From the NCBI GenBank assembly GCA_002633005.1, contig NMRA01000263.1, positions 521,631 through 585,630 on the forward strand: DNA of 64,000 nt, given 5' to 3'. The notes beneath the pieces were generated by a model, which was not told where the DNA came from, made no database searches, and saw only the letters and a program-made list of their open reading frames with translations. Below, in pieces: positions 12,301 to 24,300 of the stretch (position 1 is the first letter of the stretch; each line of letters begins with the position of its first letter). Source of the stretch: Phoronis australis. Taxonomy: Eukaryota; Animalia; Phoronida. The translations under genes were made by a program, and so were the position numbers.

Positions 12301-15300
12301 CAATAGAGTTGTAGAAGACTGCAAGGACTTGTGAGATATGTCCAGTAGATGAATAATGGGATGAGTCATGATCATGGGTCAATACAAGTAGGGACATCAG
12401 TCACTGGCAGTTTTTTTCCTTTTGATTGATTAGCTGCTGAAACCTGATTTCAAATGCCCCAGAAATCACTTTCCCATTATATCCAGGTTCTTAGATGTTC
12501 ATTCCCTTGCTTAGATTCACTAGTAAGACCGAGCTCAGACGTGTAAGAGACTCTTTTGTGCAATGCTCGATTGTCTGCCGGTAAAGCTAAGATTTAAAAC
12601 CGAGTCTCCCGAACGGGAGTCCCGGGCTCAAACCACAGAACCACTGTCTCCCTTTCAAATGTGTTCAAAGCATAAAATACCCTTGGTAAGTCTGCACAGA
12701 ACTTCAAGTAATCAGTTTTGGTGCCCAATATCAAGCTGTGAGCAAGTTTGACAAAACTTGTTCTACCAGCTCTGTACAGAGCTCTTTAGGAAAGGTCATT
12801 TAATTGTAAATTACCGAATTACACTCAATCACAATTCATTGGGATATGTCACTGAAATGCCCTCTATACCCACACATAATTTGCTGATAATATACAAAAC
12901 TGATGGTATATTTGCTTGCAAGGCAGATGTGTTGGCATGCAAATCTACACAAGACCAGTCCATATTGACACATAGGCCAGTGGTTCCCTCTATAACTAGC
13001 TAGGTCAATGTCTGAGTGTCAAGACAACAAGGCCATGTAAACAGGACAAAATGAGATGATACATCATCTGACACTTTAATTTCATACCTAGTGATCAATG
13101 ACATGCCCCAACTCTGAGAATGGTAATTAGAAAAAACATCATCACAGCAATACAGATAACTTTCAATAACAAAGAACCACACAACTGACTTGTGCAGACA
13201 CGGATATTCACAGACCAGATTTATCACTAGTTAAATTCTGAACATTATGCACACCTATGAAATCAATGTCTTGTCACGCTCTATATGACAGCAACACCAA
13301 CTTATACAGCTGAAGTGTGACAAGACATTTCACAACACAACAAACTGCAATAGAGATGTACCACACTATTTGGTTGCTGTTGTTGATACATGTTTCCTGC
13401 TACACATACTCACATCTGTTATTAATAGGTTTCAATCCATGTTCTGCAATGGGACTATTCTACACGCCAGATGAGAGTGGAAGAACAAATTTGTACGGCT
13501 GTGCACACTAACTAGACACAAACCTCCCACAGGGCTTGGAATTTTCTTCTTTTAGGAGGATTTCCTTTTTTGATTTACATTTCTTGTTATTTTATTTCCA
13601 GTTACCTCTTTTTCCGTCTCTTTATCATTTTCTTGACTTTATTCATGCAAAAGCATTTAATTCAGTTAAAACTTACAACACGGAATTTTATATTTCTATC
13701 ACACAAGCCTATTTCTTTGTGGAACGCTGCGTCACCTGGGAAATTTTCTCTTTTTTTGTCAACGGTCATTCCAAGCCCGGCTCCTAACCTACTAAAGGAT
13801 CAGGATCTCAGAGTTAATGAGATGTATGTAGCTCATCTCTGGTATGAGAAATTCAAACAATGTGGCCTCACTTCCATAAACAGTCGTGCATTGATCCACC
13901 AACTATGTAACAGTCACGTCACCTAATGCAAAAGGTAAGTATTTATATACATAGCTATGAATCACACGATGGCCAACTGCCAAGTTTGCAGTTTCCAAAC
14001 GATTCATAAACAAACTAAAAAATCAATAGATGATGTGAATGTGCAGTGTGCCTGCCAACCTGTGTGTATGTTTAACTTAAACCATAATCAGAGTGAAGCC
14101 ATAGATTTTTCTAGTTTCCACGGCCATTAGAGCTCAATTCTTAGTGACACCATCCATATTGGCATTCTTCAGGATCACAAGCTATCCAATTAACTGGCAA
14201 AAAACGATGCTCAATGCATAAAAACGCTGTTGAAGACATACAGTTACTAACAGTTAAATGCGCTAGGTCACTTGCTCTTCACTATAATGAGGATTGAGGA
14301 AATGAATAAAACCTAAGCAACATCTCTACTTCTATGAAGAGTTGAATTGTCCAGACTAAGACCTGAAGGTATAAGCACAAGTTGACAATAAAGATAACAC
14401 TACACATGACTCAAATGCAAACTGAGTTGCAAAAATACAGTAGAAACACCATAAGGGCTCTGTTTCATGAAAGTTTAAGCCTCAAGCTTGATCTCGATTG
14501 TTGGCATGACGTCAACTGCATCGTTCAAGAAGCACAACGTGACATGTGATGGAATGGCCGCATTGTTACTACAGCCTAAGCTAAAACCAAAACAGTTTCA
14601 TGAAACGGAGTCATGTAGGCTGTACACAAAATCTTTTTTATCAAGTATCATTATTTGTATCACACCAAGTCAATTTCAGATGTCGCAGTTGACTCACAAC
14701 AGGATATCTACCCTGCTCAGACTGTCTTTACCTAACACACAGTACTGTGTAAATACCTCAGTCTAATTCTCAAGCTGCTTTAACATGAGACGCAGTTATA
14801 ACCATGTCAGGCAGTTATAACCATGTCAGGCAGTTATAACCATGTCAGTGGACATGGCGCGACTTGCTCCACTTTAGGTGCATTTACACAACATTAGATC
14901 GCAAACTGGATCTGCGTGAGCCACTTACACGAAGACAATAACGGAATGTCCAAAACACATGGAAATGGAATGCCAGCTGATCCCCGAATACACACTATTG
15001 CGCAAGCCCATTGAAAGATGATCCATTTCCGCCCTGTTCCAGTTGTGTTTAGAGGTGCAGTTAACACTGAATAACTGATCGAGTGTAACTCGCTCTACCT
15101 AGTCCTATCCAACAAGTGTCCCAAAACTGGCCGTCACGCCACGGAGACACTAGCTTTAGCGAGTGTCAATCGTGTTCACATGCACACTTGCACTGGTCAC
15201 TGGAGCAGATGTTCCCTGTTAGCTGCACTAGGTCAGTTGTCTCTCATGGAAATGCAGCTTTAGTGTGCCTCATCTTTAGCATGAAGAGTGATAGAGTAGA

Positions 15301-18300
15301 TAACCTGACAGACAACCCAGCTACCACACAAAGAGTTCTTTAGGTATTAACCATGATGAGATAGCACAACACTATCAAACTAGGCACACTCAAAGTTCAA
15401 CTAGATACCATGACACAGCAGGTGTAGAAAAGCAGACAATTCCTAACAAAAATTTAGCCTTTTCAACAATAAAATCCTGCCAATCTTTTATAAAAATGAT
15501 CACTAAAATTGACTTTTTTCTTTTTTCAAATACTTTTAATATTGCTATCAAAACATTTTCTGATGTTACCTCTGGTATACTTAAAAATTATGAAGCATTT
15601 ATTTGGTGCTACCTGTCTTTTATAAAATAAATGAAAAAATTACACTTCCCTGCTACACTGTCTTACGCTGGTGAAATTTTCCCCCTAATGTCAATAACAC
15701 ACCTAATGTAACAACCAGGCCAACTGATAATAGATTTATATTGTTCCTTGCTCATTTAGCAACTGTTAATCAATATCACAAGGTGATTAAATTTCATAAT
15801 AGAATCGGACAGTCCACTGTTGTACTCATAACCTTACACNCCCCCCCCCCCCCCCCCCCCCCGAGGCCATGTGCTGGCCTGGGCAAGTTGATCAGTGACC
15901 AACTTCAGAAGGTGGAGAAGTAAATTCTACACCCAGTAACTTCTATAGGGGTAGCATTAGAGGTCTGATGTCGGCTAACTTCAACATGTCATTTCTAAAA
16001 TCTATGAGTTTATTTACAGCCTGGAGCCTATTTATAGGCTAAAGGTCAGTGTAAATAGACCAACAGATTTCATGTTACTTCATCACCACCTCAAAACTGT
16101 TTTAGCAAATAACTTCAGTGCACTTCCTAATGGGTCATGATATGATTGATGTCTGTACTACCTTCAAAGGCCTTTCCCACTGAGTTAAATGTGCCACCAG
16201 AGGTGGGCTGTAAACACCACTAACCTCCCCATTAGCTCTGGTACTTAACCAACATCCAAGTTATCACAAATAGTGATGACCAGATCAGTCAATTTATCCC
16301 AAGGATGTCCTGTGACTTGACAAACTTTAAGTCTAAAGTAATGGTAATTCTTCACTTATTTCACTCAAAAATAGTTCTGAGTTTTCCATTGTTAAGATGT
16401 CGATTAACTTGCTGTGCAGGTCATCAAACGTTTTATGCCATCTTTACAGTAAAAGCAAAGCTGATAACAAATTGATATTTTTAATATTTATTTCAGAACT
16501 TGCAATGCATTACGTGCCATTCTTGATGGAGACATCTGCACATAACTCCACCATATGACAACCATTCCCACTGTACGGAGGTGCTGACTCTTCTGTTGAA
16601 TCTAGCTGTTCACTCCTAAGTGAACTTTCGCTTTTAGTTCGGGCCAAGACGAAATTTTTGAGTTCCCTTAACACTGACATTAGTGAGACATGACCTCAAG
16701 GGAACTTGCTGAGCAACAGCTAGATGCTATTATTATTCGTATGTTTTTTCTCCAAATGGCAAATGAACAGGGTCGTCCAGGATTAAACAGCGACACTTGA
16801 ATCTCGCAGTATTTACCCACAATGCCGTAAACATCTGTCACACACATTTGCTGCCTCGTTTTTGTGCTACTAGAATTATTTGTTGTGGCCCAATTCTTTA
16901 CAAGTTTTTCTCCGTTGCATTACTCTTTCATCCTTCCAATGCCAACGAAGTATTACTCCTGTGCTTTGGGATGCAAATCCAACATGAGAAACTTTGATAA
17001 ATTGTACAAACATCCATGGATACGTGATCTGAAAATTGAAATTCTTCGTCTTCCCGACATCAATGAGAAACACAAAAATCTGCCTAAATTCCCAAAACGA
17101 GGTCATGTGCTTTCTATTCTAATCTCCGAGACAAAGGAGAGTTCTATCGCCGTGTAATCCGGGATGGCCCTATTCCATAACAGGCAGCTCATACCACAAG
17201 CAATGCCTTATAGCCAGCAGAAGTTACACCTTTGGTATGAACAGGAAAATGTGAAGAAACAAAGCAAGCCTTTAGAGCATAACATACTGAGAAGCAATGC
17301 CAGACTAGGAATTGTACTAAGACATGATACATTATCTGCAATATACTAGTTTTAATTATGCGTTCTAAGGGCCAACATCAAGATTGACATCATACTAGGA
17401 GTGTGAAAACTGAAATACAATTGTTGAGTCAACATATGAACAAGTAACAACAAACAAACAAACAAACAGACAGACAAACAAACAAACAACACCAATACCC
17501 ATTACAAGAACCTTCACCAACAAGCAAGCAATGTACTCATAGATTACACGACACTACACTACACTGGAAGATAAATCCTTAAGAGAGTTTAAAGCCACTA
17601 AAACAATATGGACATACCTTTGGGGTCAAAGCTCTTCACCCACGAGTTGAAACAGGCACCTAGAAGCCAAGAAACAAACGGAAACAACAGAGTGCACAAG
17701 GCGTCAAATCACCACCACTAGGCAAGCAGCTTCGCTAATTATTCGTTCACATGCCCAGGAAACCTTTGTTGAACATTCACATAGTAAGAAGGAAGCTAGC
17801 CTGCAGTGACTATGTGAACGCAGTCACCTATGGTCCGGTAGAAAGGTGATAGAGAAATTGATGAATGCGCATCATCGACAGGTGACGAAAGTGTTTGTTT
17901 GCTTGAAATAAATTGTGACAGATTATGGTATGACAAGGCCAGCCTCCTTCACAGACAGCAGTAAATATGACAGAAAAACAATTTAAAAGCATCCTGAGCC
18001 TTCATATTTTGGACTCAAACTTCGACAACCAACATTTAACTGCATTACCTTCAAATGGATGCTTTCAAATTTGAAATGCAGGCCGTCCACAGAAACCAGT
18101 CAAAATGCTTTTAAATTTCCAAGAAAGCGTTGGTAAGTAACTTAGATTAGTAAGCAAGACTGCTATAAAATAAAGTAAGCAACAAAACGCTGCCCAATTG
18201 GTGGCTGACAGCCAAATTTGCAATAAGCAGATAGAAAAATGAAGTCCCCTCCTAAAAGCACTGCAGAGTTTGCCAGTGATGGGTTTAACAGATATATATC

Positions 18301-20836
18301 AACCTAAATCTTGTCATTGCCTTGTTTTGTGATCGCTAAAGATAGACACCATCATGCCAATAAGAGATGTGTGCTTCATAAATTTCCAACGCGCATGAAA
18401 GCAGCACCTAGGTTTTAAAAGACTCCATTGACAGAGCGTATAGACTTAAGTGGAAGTGACCAGTGACTTATTGTTCTAAGAAAAAGGCCGTTTGTGAGTG
18501 CCTGACCAGGCAGGAATGTAAGGAATGGAATGATGGCTACCTTTTTTTAGTTATTCTATTTGTAGTGTCCAGGAAGTGTCAGGATATCATCCATCTGCCA
18601 CAAGTCTGGTTCAAAACACCAAATTAATACAACAAACTGACAACTAGAAGCCAATAAAAGTCATTCCTTTAACATGTTGCTCAAACTGTTACAGTAATGT
18701 TCAACATAATTTGGTTTCAGTTAACATCTACTCTGCAACTCAAAATGGTAAATAACAGTGAATCTGTGTCGTAAATGTATAAAAATTTAAATTGACAAGC
18801 CCGCTTGGGATAACTGATCTTAAAATAGATCCTCTCAGATTCTGCTGGACTTTATAACTAGGTCAAAGGTCACTGACACTCTAGTCACATGCTTTGCACA
18901 TGCACTGGTTTCTACATGGTGCAATTGCTGATCAGAACTAAGGAAAATTATCAATAAGTTTTAGATCAGGTTTTCGAACTAACATTTCTTAACTATATGT
19001 GTAAAGGCTTTAGGGAACTTGAATACAAAAAATTCAAAATGGGTTCTTTCATTTCTAGTTCCTCCCCCAACACAGGGGAATCTTTGCCTTCAAAGAAATA
19101 TAACTGAAGTATTTTTCAAAAAAAAAATCAATGCGACAAGCAAAAATCTTCCTAGGCACAGACACATACTATTCCATCCTGAATGCTCGAAGAATTTTCT
19201 GTAAATTACGCTTAACACCAGCTGGACAATCAAAGTCACGATACTACCGTACTAGTATATGCGCAGATAGGACAACTTTGGAGGAGGTTTAACTAATACT
19301 CCTCCCGCAATTAACTTTTTCCACATAGTCTTTCATTCGGGCTGCCCAATCATGAACTAGCTATTTTTGTAGTGCACATGACAACATAGCCTCAATCTTT
19401 TAAACAGGTTGCAAGTCATCATAGACATCACATGTAGCATGCCATATACACTCTCTAAGCATTAAGTTATAATTAACACATACCATGACTCTGGAGATAA
19501 TTTAGTCAACTTCATTTGAACATATCCATGAAAATCTCATTGAGGTTCACTAGAGCTTCACTCGCAGGCTGCCATTTTGAGAAAGTTACGTGAAATCACA
19601 CCAAGTTCACAAACAAGTTGAAGGGACACAATCTTACAACACTGCTCCGGATATCTTCACATGCTACTTTTAGCAAGTGTTAGCTGCCAGGTTACACATT
19701 CCTCTCAGTCTCAAGCTTGTTGTGACCCAACTTGCGTGAAATACTTGTGGTAATTATGCACAGTGAAAATTTTAATGGTGATCAAAAAGTAGAGGTGAAA
19801 TTCTTTGCCACAGTCATTTTACAAATCCCGTAAACATGCTTCATCGAGGATATATGTACAGAACCAGAAAGGATTATGGAAGAAAGTGAGCACTTTTTCA
19901 AGAGAAAAGTTTAAGTATATTAAATGTATTTTCGACAAAGTGAAAACCTCTTATTCAGTGACTGGATTTGGACTTCTACTGTCCGTTTAAAATACACAAT
20001 AAAATTAACGCAGAAACCGACGGAGAGTCATATAGAGTGTTGTAGCCTCTCTCCAGCTAGAGGGGCTGCTTATTGCTTAAAGGCTGCTCGGACTTAAGAC
20101 CTGGTTAAAAGAACTACATCACATTAACATGTGCACTGATTTCATTGACAGAACGACAGAGCGAGTTTCGGGAGAGCTTGTTTGAGCTGCCTCAATGTTC
20201 ACCTATGCTACAAAAATACTTTTACAACGTGACTTTGACTGAACATGTATTGGCGAAATGCTTCACCCATACAGAGGGTCAATGGGATGACCACTGTGAG
20301 CAAGGTTTGCTGGCAAAGTTCAGCACTAGGCAGCCGCAGTGTCATCTACATACAATCTCACTACCTCAAAAATACTAAAAAACATCACATGCAAAATCGC
20401 ACTGCATTTTGTTAAATTATATTAGTAACCAATGAAACAAATAAGAAAATGTGGCGAACATAACCAACTAGATTGCAGGGACAGTTGCATTTGCAACTCA
20501 AATACATGATTAGGGCCTACCTGCAGCAATGGTCTGCTCTGTCGTTTCATTCTCTTTGCTCGTAGATCTCGGAGGTACGACGGGAGTCTGCTCAGGGGGT
20601 GGTATAGGGTCACTCACAGTGCTAGAAGGTATAGGTGCTGGCTCTTCCTTCACGGGCGAGTCTCCGAAACTTATGAGAGGTTCTTGCTGAACGGCCTCGG
20701 CCTCAGAACTTGACGTTACTGGAGCATTCGCCGTGTACAAGTCTTCTTCCGCCTGGTCGGTCGTGTCAGCGAAAGATGGATTCACGTGTTCAAAGTCGTT
20801 GTCTTCAGAGAAATTTGACGGTAAACCTGAATCCAT
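3341..20836 (-). CDS. RTN1: Reticulon (RTN1/RTN3-like), complete 7-exon gene, 309 aa
   Basis: Exons 20836-20521, 17659-17618, 9606-9399, 7248-7110, 6555-6486, 4079-3974, 3389-3341. All introns GT-AG, phases join to a 930-nt ORF. Reticulon homology domain [18 protein letters not shown]...[20 protein letters not shown]...FTLPKVYE; C-terminal KTKTQ di-lysine motif. Vertebrate paralog assignment is nominal. Confidence 0.93.
3974..4079 (-). CDS. RTN1: Reticulon exon 6 (106 nt)
   Basis: [36 protein letters not shown]; ttacag acceptor, gtaagt donor. Confidence 0.93.
4280..4521. mobile_element. MITE with GGGCTTGGAAT termini (hAT-like), copy A
   Basis: TIR TAGGGCTTGGAAT / ATTCCAAGCCCCG; GACTAGT near both flanks; homologous, in inverted orientation, to 13530-13780. 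Confidence 0.7.
6486..6555 (-). CDS. RTN1: Reticulon exon 5 (70 nt)
   Basis: [23 protein letters not shown]; ttcag acceptor, gtaagt donor. Confidence 0.95.
7110..7248 (-). CDS. RTN1: Reticulon exon 4 (139 nt)
   Basis: [10 protein letters not shown]...[15 protein letters not shown]; ttcag acceptor, gtatgt donor. Confidence 0.95.
7685..9019 (+). mobile_element. Internally deleted hAT transposon with a TTF-type zinc-finger remnant
   Basis: Perfect 8-bp TSD CATAACGG (7677-7684 and 9020-9027); TIR CACGGCTCAACACTAAC / GTTAATGTTGAGCCTG; subterminal GGGCAAG/TTGCCCG repeats; degenerate peptide at about 8090-8288. Confidence 0.85.
9399..9606 (-). CDS. RTN1: Reticulon exon 3 (RHD, 208 nt)
   Basis: [21 protein letters not shown]...SGDGDPFK; ccgtag acceptor, gtgagt donor. 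Confidence 0.95.
11457..12253. repeat. 289-bp near-identical direct duplication (11457-11745 and 11965-12253) across an N
   Basis: Copies differ at only a few bases; first copy ends exactly at N 11746; the spacer looks like a transposon end. Confidence 0.85.
13530..13780. mobile_element. MITE with GGGCTTGGAAT termini, copy B (inverted relative to copy A)
   Basis: TIR CAGGGCTTGGAAT / ATTCCAAGCCCGG; reverse complement aligns along 4280-4521. Confidence 0.7.
14792..14848. repeat. Tandem repeat, 19 bp x 3
   Basis: GCAGTTATAACCATGTCAG three times. Confidence 0.9.
16768..17172. mobile_element. Degenerate MITE
   Basis: Imperfect TIR CAGGGTCGTCCAGGATT / AATCCGGGATGGCCCTA; no TSD seen. Confidence 0.45.
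17618..17659 (-). CDS. RTN1: Reticulon exon 2 (42-nt microexon)
   Basis: ttggcttctag/GTGCC...CCCAAAG/gtatgt; encodes [14 protein letters not shown] and gives [13 protein letters not shown] at the start of the RHD. Confidence 0.8.
20521..20836 (-). CDS. RTN1: Reticulon exon 1 (acidic, Pro-rich N-terminus)
   Basis: [18 protein letters not shown]...TIAA; donor GCAG/GTAGGC, 316 nt, phase 1. Confidence 0.85.
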
Positions 20837-21218
20837 GGTCGGCTTTTATGTAATTTGCAAACAAGAATGGTGAATAGCCTCCTTAATCAGCGTTTCAAAA
20901 AATATTTCGCAGTTGCCCCTACCAGTCTCATTCAAAATTCCAAGTCCAATATATGAAGATGGCCGTTCAGATGACGTCATCGTGCATGTAGAATAAAAGC
21001 AGAAACGTGGTATAGAAAGGTTTTACAGCTGAAACCACGGTTTGACGTAACTATGGAGTAAATTTTATTTTTAGAAAATATTTTAATACAAAATATTGCA
21101 TAAAAGTGATTTCATGGTAAAAATTGCTTGTTTTTTCTTTAAATTTTATTTATTTTTATTTTGTGTGGTGAGTTTTTTCGGCCCTGGGCAACACGGAAAC
21201 CGACGTTCAGTCGCAAAA
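20837..21218. promoter_or_regulatory. Putative bidirectional promoter and 5' UTRs of reticulon and SPTLC2
   Basis: Divergent start codons 382 bp apart. CCAAT 20946-20950, YY1-like AAGATGGCCG 20956-20965, full CRE TGACGTCA 20972-20979, TGACGTAA 21043-21050. Confidence 0.7.
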
Positions 21219-21314
21219 ATGGGTTGTGATGACATGGGGCGGGGTGAACCCCTCAAAGTTAACGGACATAAAGATATGTCTATGTTAAATGGTGATTCGC
21301 ATTTGAAAACAAAG
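21219..21314 (+). CDS. SPTLC2: SPTLC2 exon 1
   Basis: aaaATGG context; [17 protein letters not shown]...KTK; AAG/gtttgt donor. Confidence 0.75.
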
Positions 21315-24300
21315 GTTTGTAGCTAGCATAAATCATTCTGTTTACAACGTCGCATTTAGTTTCATAGCAAAAGACACACTTTGTTTTCAAGTAGTGTTGA
21401 CTAGACCACACCAATTCCGCCAACACGGAACAATTTACGTAAGAATAGCATTCCGTGGGTAGAGTTCAGTAACGTTAGGACCTCCCTTAAATTTAGCCAA
21501 AATAATCGCATATTCTCTTTCAAAATATACGATAAAAATGACTCCCTATAGTCCCCACTGCCTAACCTTTCTCGGTAAATATGCGGTTATGTCTTGGGTA
21601 CCAATACTTTCTAAGCAGTGGCTGTGCTCTCCTTGCTTTAAAACAGCCAGTGTTGCACAAATATGAACAAATTTCCCGTACTCGATATCTCATGTAACCT
21701 CGTGAAGCCTTGCTTTTTAGTGAGGTCTTAGTGTTACTGAATTCTACCATACCTGTATTTAGTGAAACAGTACGTGAATAATGGGGCCCGTTATTCATTG
21801 GTTTGCTTGTTTCTTGTAATGTCTGGTGGAGATAAAAGTGATACTACGTATGCACTTGTGCTTTGCTATGTCTATGACTACAGACTATGTAGTATTGTCA
21901 AATTATGTGTTAATGTGAGCAAATCAATAAGCCATGAAATCTGGGAAAGTACAGCCAATCCGTATACAACGATACGATAGAGGTCGTACTTCACGGTTGG
22001 TGAGCAGTCTCTTGGTGGAGTAAGTTCACTTGCACAATGCAAATTTTGACTGGGCTTGTTCATTTGGGTTATCTAAAACACTTAATGATCCAAGGCGTCA
22101 TTCCTGAAAAATTAGTTTTACTGAGCTTTAAAAATGATTTGCCGATGAAAACTCCAAAGCAGGGTGATCAGGCAGCTATTTTTAGGCCTTGCTAGTTTCA
22201 TTCTGGGTCGTCATAAAGAGGTTAGTTGCATGCCAGCTAAATACCGTCCCCAACAAAATCAGCTAAACATCGTATTCAAATCAAACTACTACCCAGGTCA
22301 AACCGTTCTCTAACATGAAAGGGTTGTGGTTGAAGTGATCCTGTGGGCTTGGGAAACATTCATATTGCCTTTCATTCTAAGCTTGGTTATTAAAATTTAT
22401 AAGGGGTAATAAAACAATTATCTTTACAATAAGCCATTTGCTAGGCTGTGTTTACTTACATGTAAGCCCAGTAGGATAGTTGTATGACTAAAGGGCCTTT
22501 CATACTAACGTCGATGCATCGATGTTTTAGGGAGTTGTGGTCAGTGTGAACGTTTAACTGTGGTCTTCGATCGAAGTTAATTGCTCCAGTTAACATTGCA
22601 GTTAATAGGTGAATTTAACAGCGCAGCATTGACGCTGCGGTGCAGTTTTAACGGTTAACCTCGGTCGAATCGAAGTTATCACCAGGTACCACTGTTATCT
22701 TCAACAATTACAGGGTAGTGCCATCACTAATAGCTGCTTATATTTTGCTCTTATAATAACCAATTGATTTAAAAATAAGCTTAATGTCAATTAGCACATG
22801 TAAATATTCCCAAATTGTTGCATTGAAAAAGTCTTAGCATGCAGCGCTACCTTGCGATAACTTCGATGATGACAGTGTAACATACCGCTTACTTCGATGT
22901 TCATTAACTACCAAAGCCAGTATGAACGGTCCAGTTAACTGCGCTGTTTACGTCGACGCTCCAACTCAGACCGGAGTTAAGTCAATATGAAAGGGCCTTA
23001 AGAGCAAGGTTCACAAAGAATTACTTTTGCTGACCTAGCCTGTCAATTTGATGAGGCATATTGCGCATGAACGACACCCAAGATGCAAAACCATCTACAA
23101 AATTCTTAAGCCACCATGCGACTAGTTGCCTCTTCCAAGCATTGTGTAATTTTGTACCCAGAGGATCTAGGGTCTGAAGGCTTAACCCTCTAAACTCAAT
23201 ACCTATACTTGCTTGCCATAATATTCCTGTGGTGTATGAGTAGTTTGCTACCCACCCATCTTTTATGCAAATAACTTTCATTACCTGTTAATCTTGTCTG
23301 TTTACTGTTTTAACAGGCACGTTCCTAAGCTGTTATTTCTTGCTTGGTGTTCTACTCATTCCTTGCTCTTCAAACGATCCGTTCAAATAGTATTTAATCA
23401 GACAGCATTCTTGGGCCTTCAACCAACTTATTGTATGTGCAAAGCTCCTGTGCTCAACGTTGTTGATTTGTCAGTGTGTAAATGTGGTCACATTAGGCTT
23501 GTCCACAACTTCTTTTCTTTACTTTTTAGGGCAAGACGTCCTGGAGAGATAACTTCATAGAATCATTCGAGGAGACTCCACTTATCGTAGCTATAATTAC
23601 ATATATTGGGTACGGTGTGCTTGTACTCTTTGGTTACTTGAGAGACTTTCTTAGGAACAATGGTATAGAGAAGATACAAACAGCCAGAGAAATACCAAAA
23701 CAAAAGGTGAGTTACAAGAGCATTGCGCATATATTGGCGAGTAAAACGTCAGACTTAAGAAGTTCAGTTGTGTGTATGGCAGCCAGTGCTTCCCTTTGCT
23801 TAAGAACAAAAGTTATCAATCCGAGGGGGGTTGGCCCTGGCTGATGTGGAGTTGGTATAGACAGGTGTGATTTTTACTCTTTCTGATACTGCGGATGGGT
23901 ATTTTGATGTGGTTGGATGGTATCATCTCCGGTGGATAAACAAAAGAACTGGCAAGCACTAAGATCTGTATTGTGCTAAAGCTCCCGCAGGGTCCCCAAG
24001 TCTTCTTCACCTGTCACATTACCCAGTTGTTTGCTTGAAAACACACAGCACATAGCAAAGATGAAACTTCACCTGACGTCCCAACTTTTAAATGACTTTC
24101 GTTGGTTGATGACACGTAGTGCAAACTCTCAGAGATGTGACCGAGCACAGACAGTTTTCAGTAGAAACCATTCAATGCTTCACCTGCTGTAGATTTCTGT
24201 GGAACTGGTCATTGACTGTGCCTTGCATCTTCATGTTGAAACATGAAGTTCTCTGGCAATGTTGTATTTCTGACTTGTTTAGCATTAAATTCAGCTAAGT

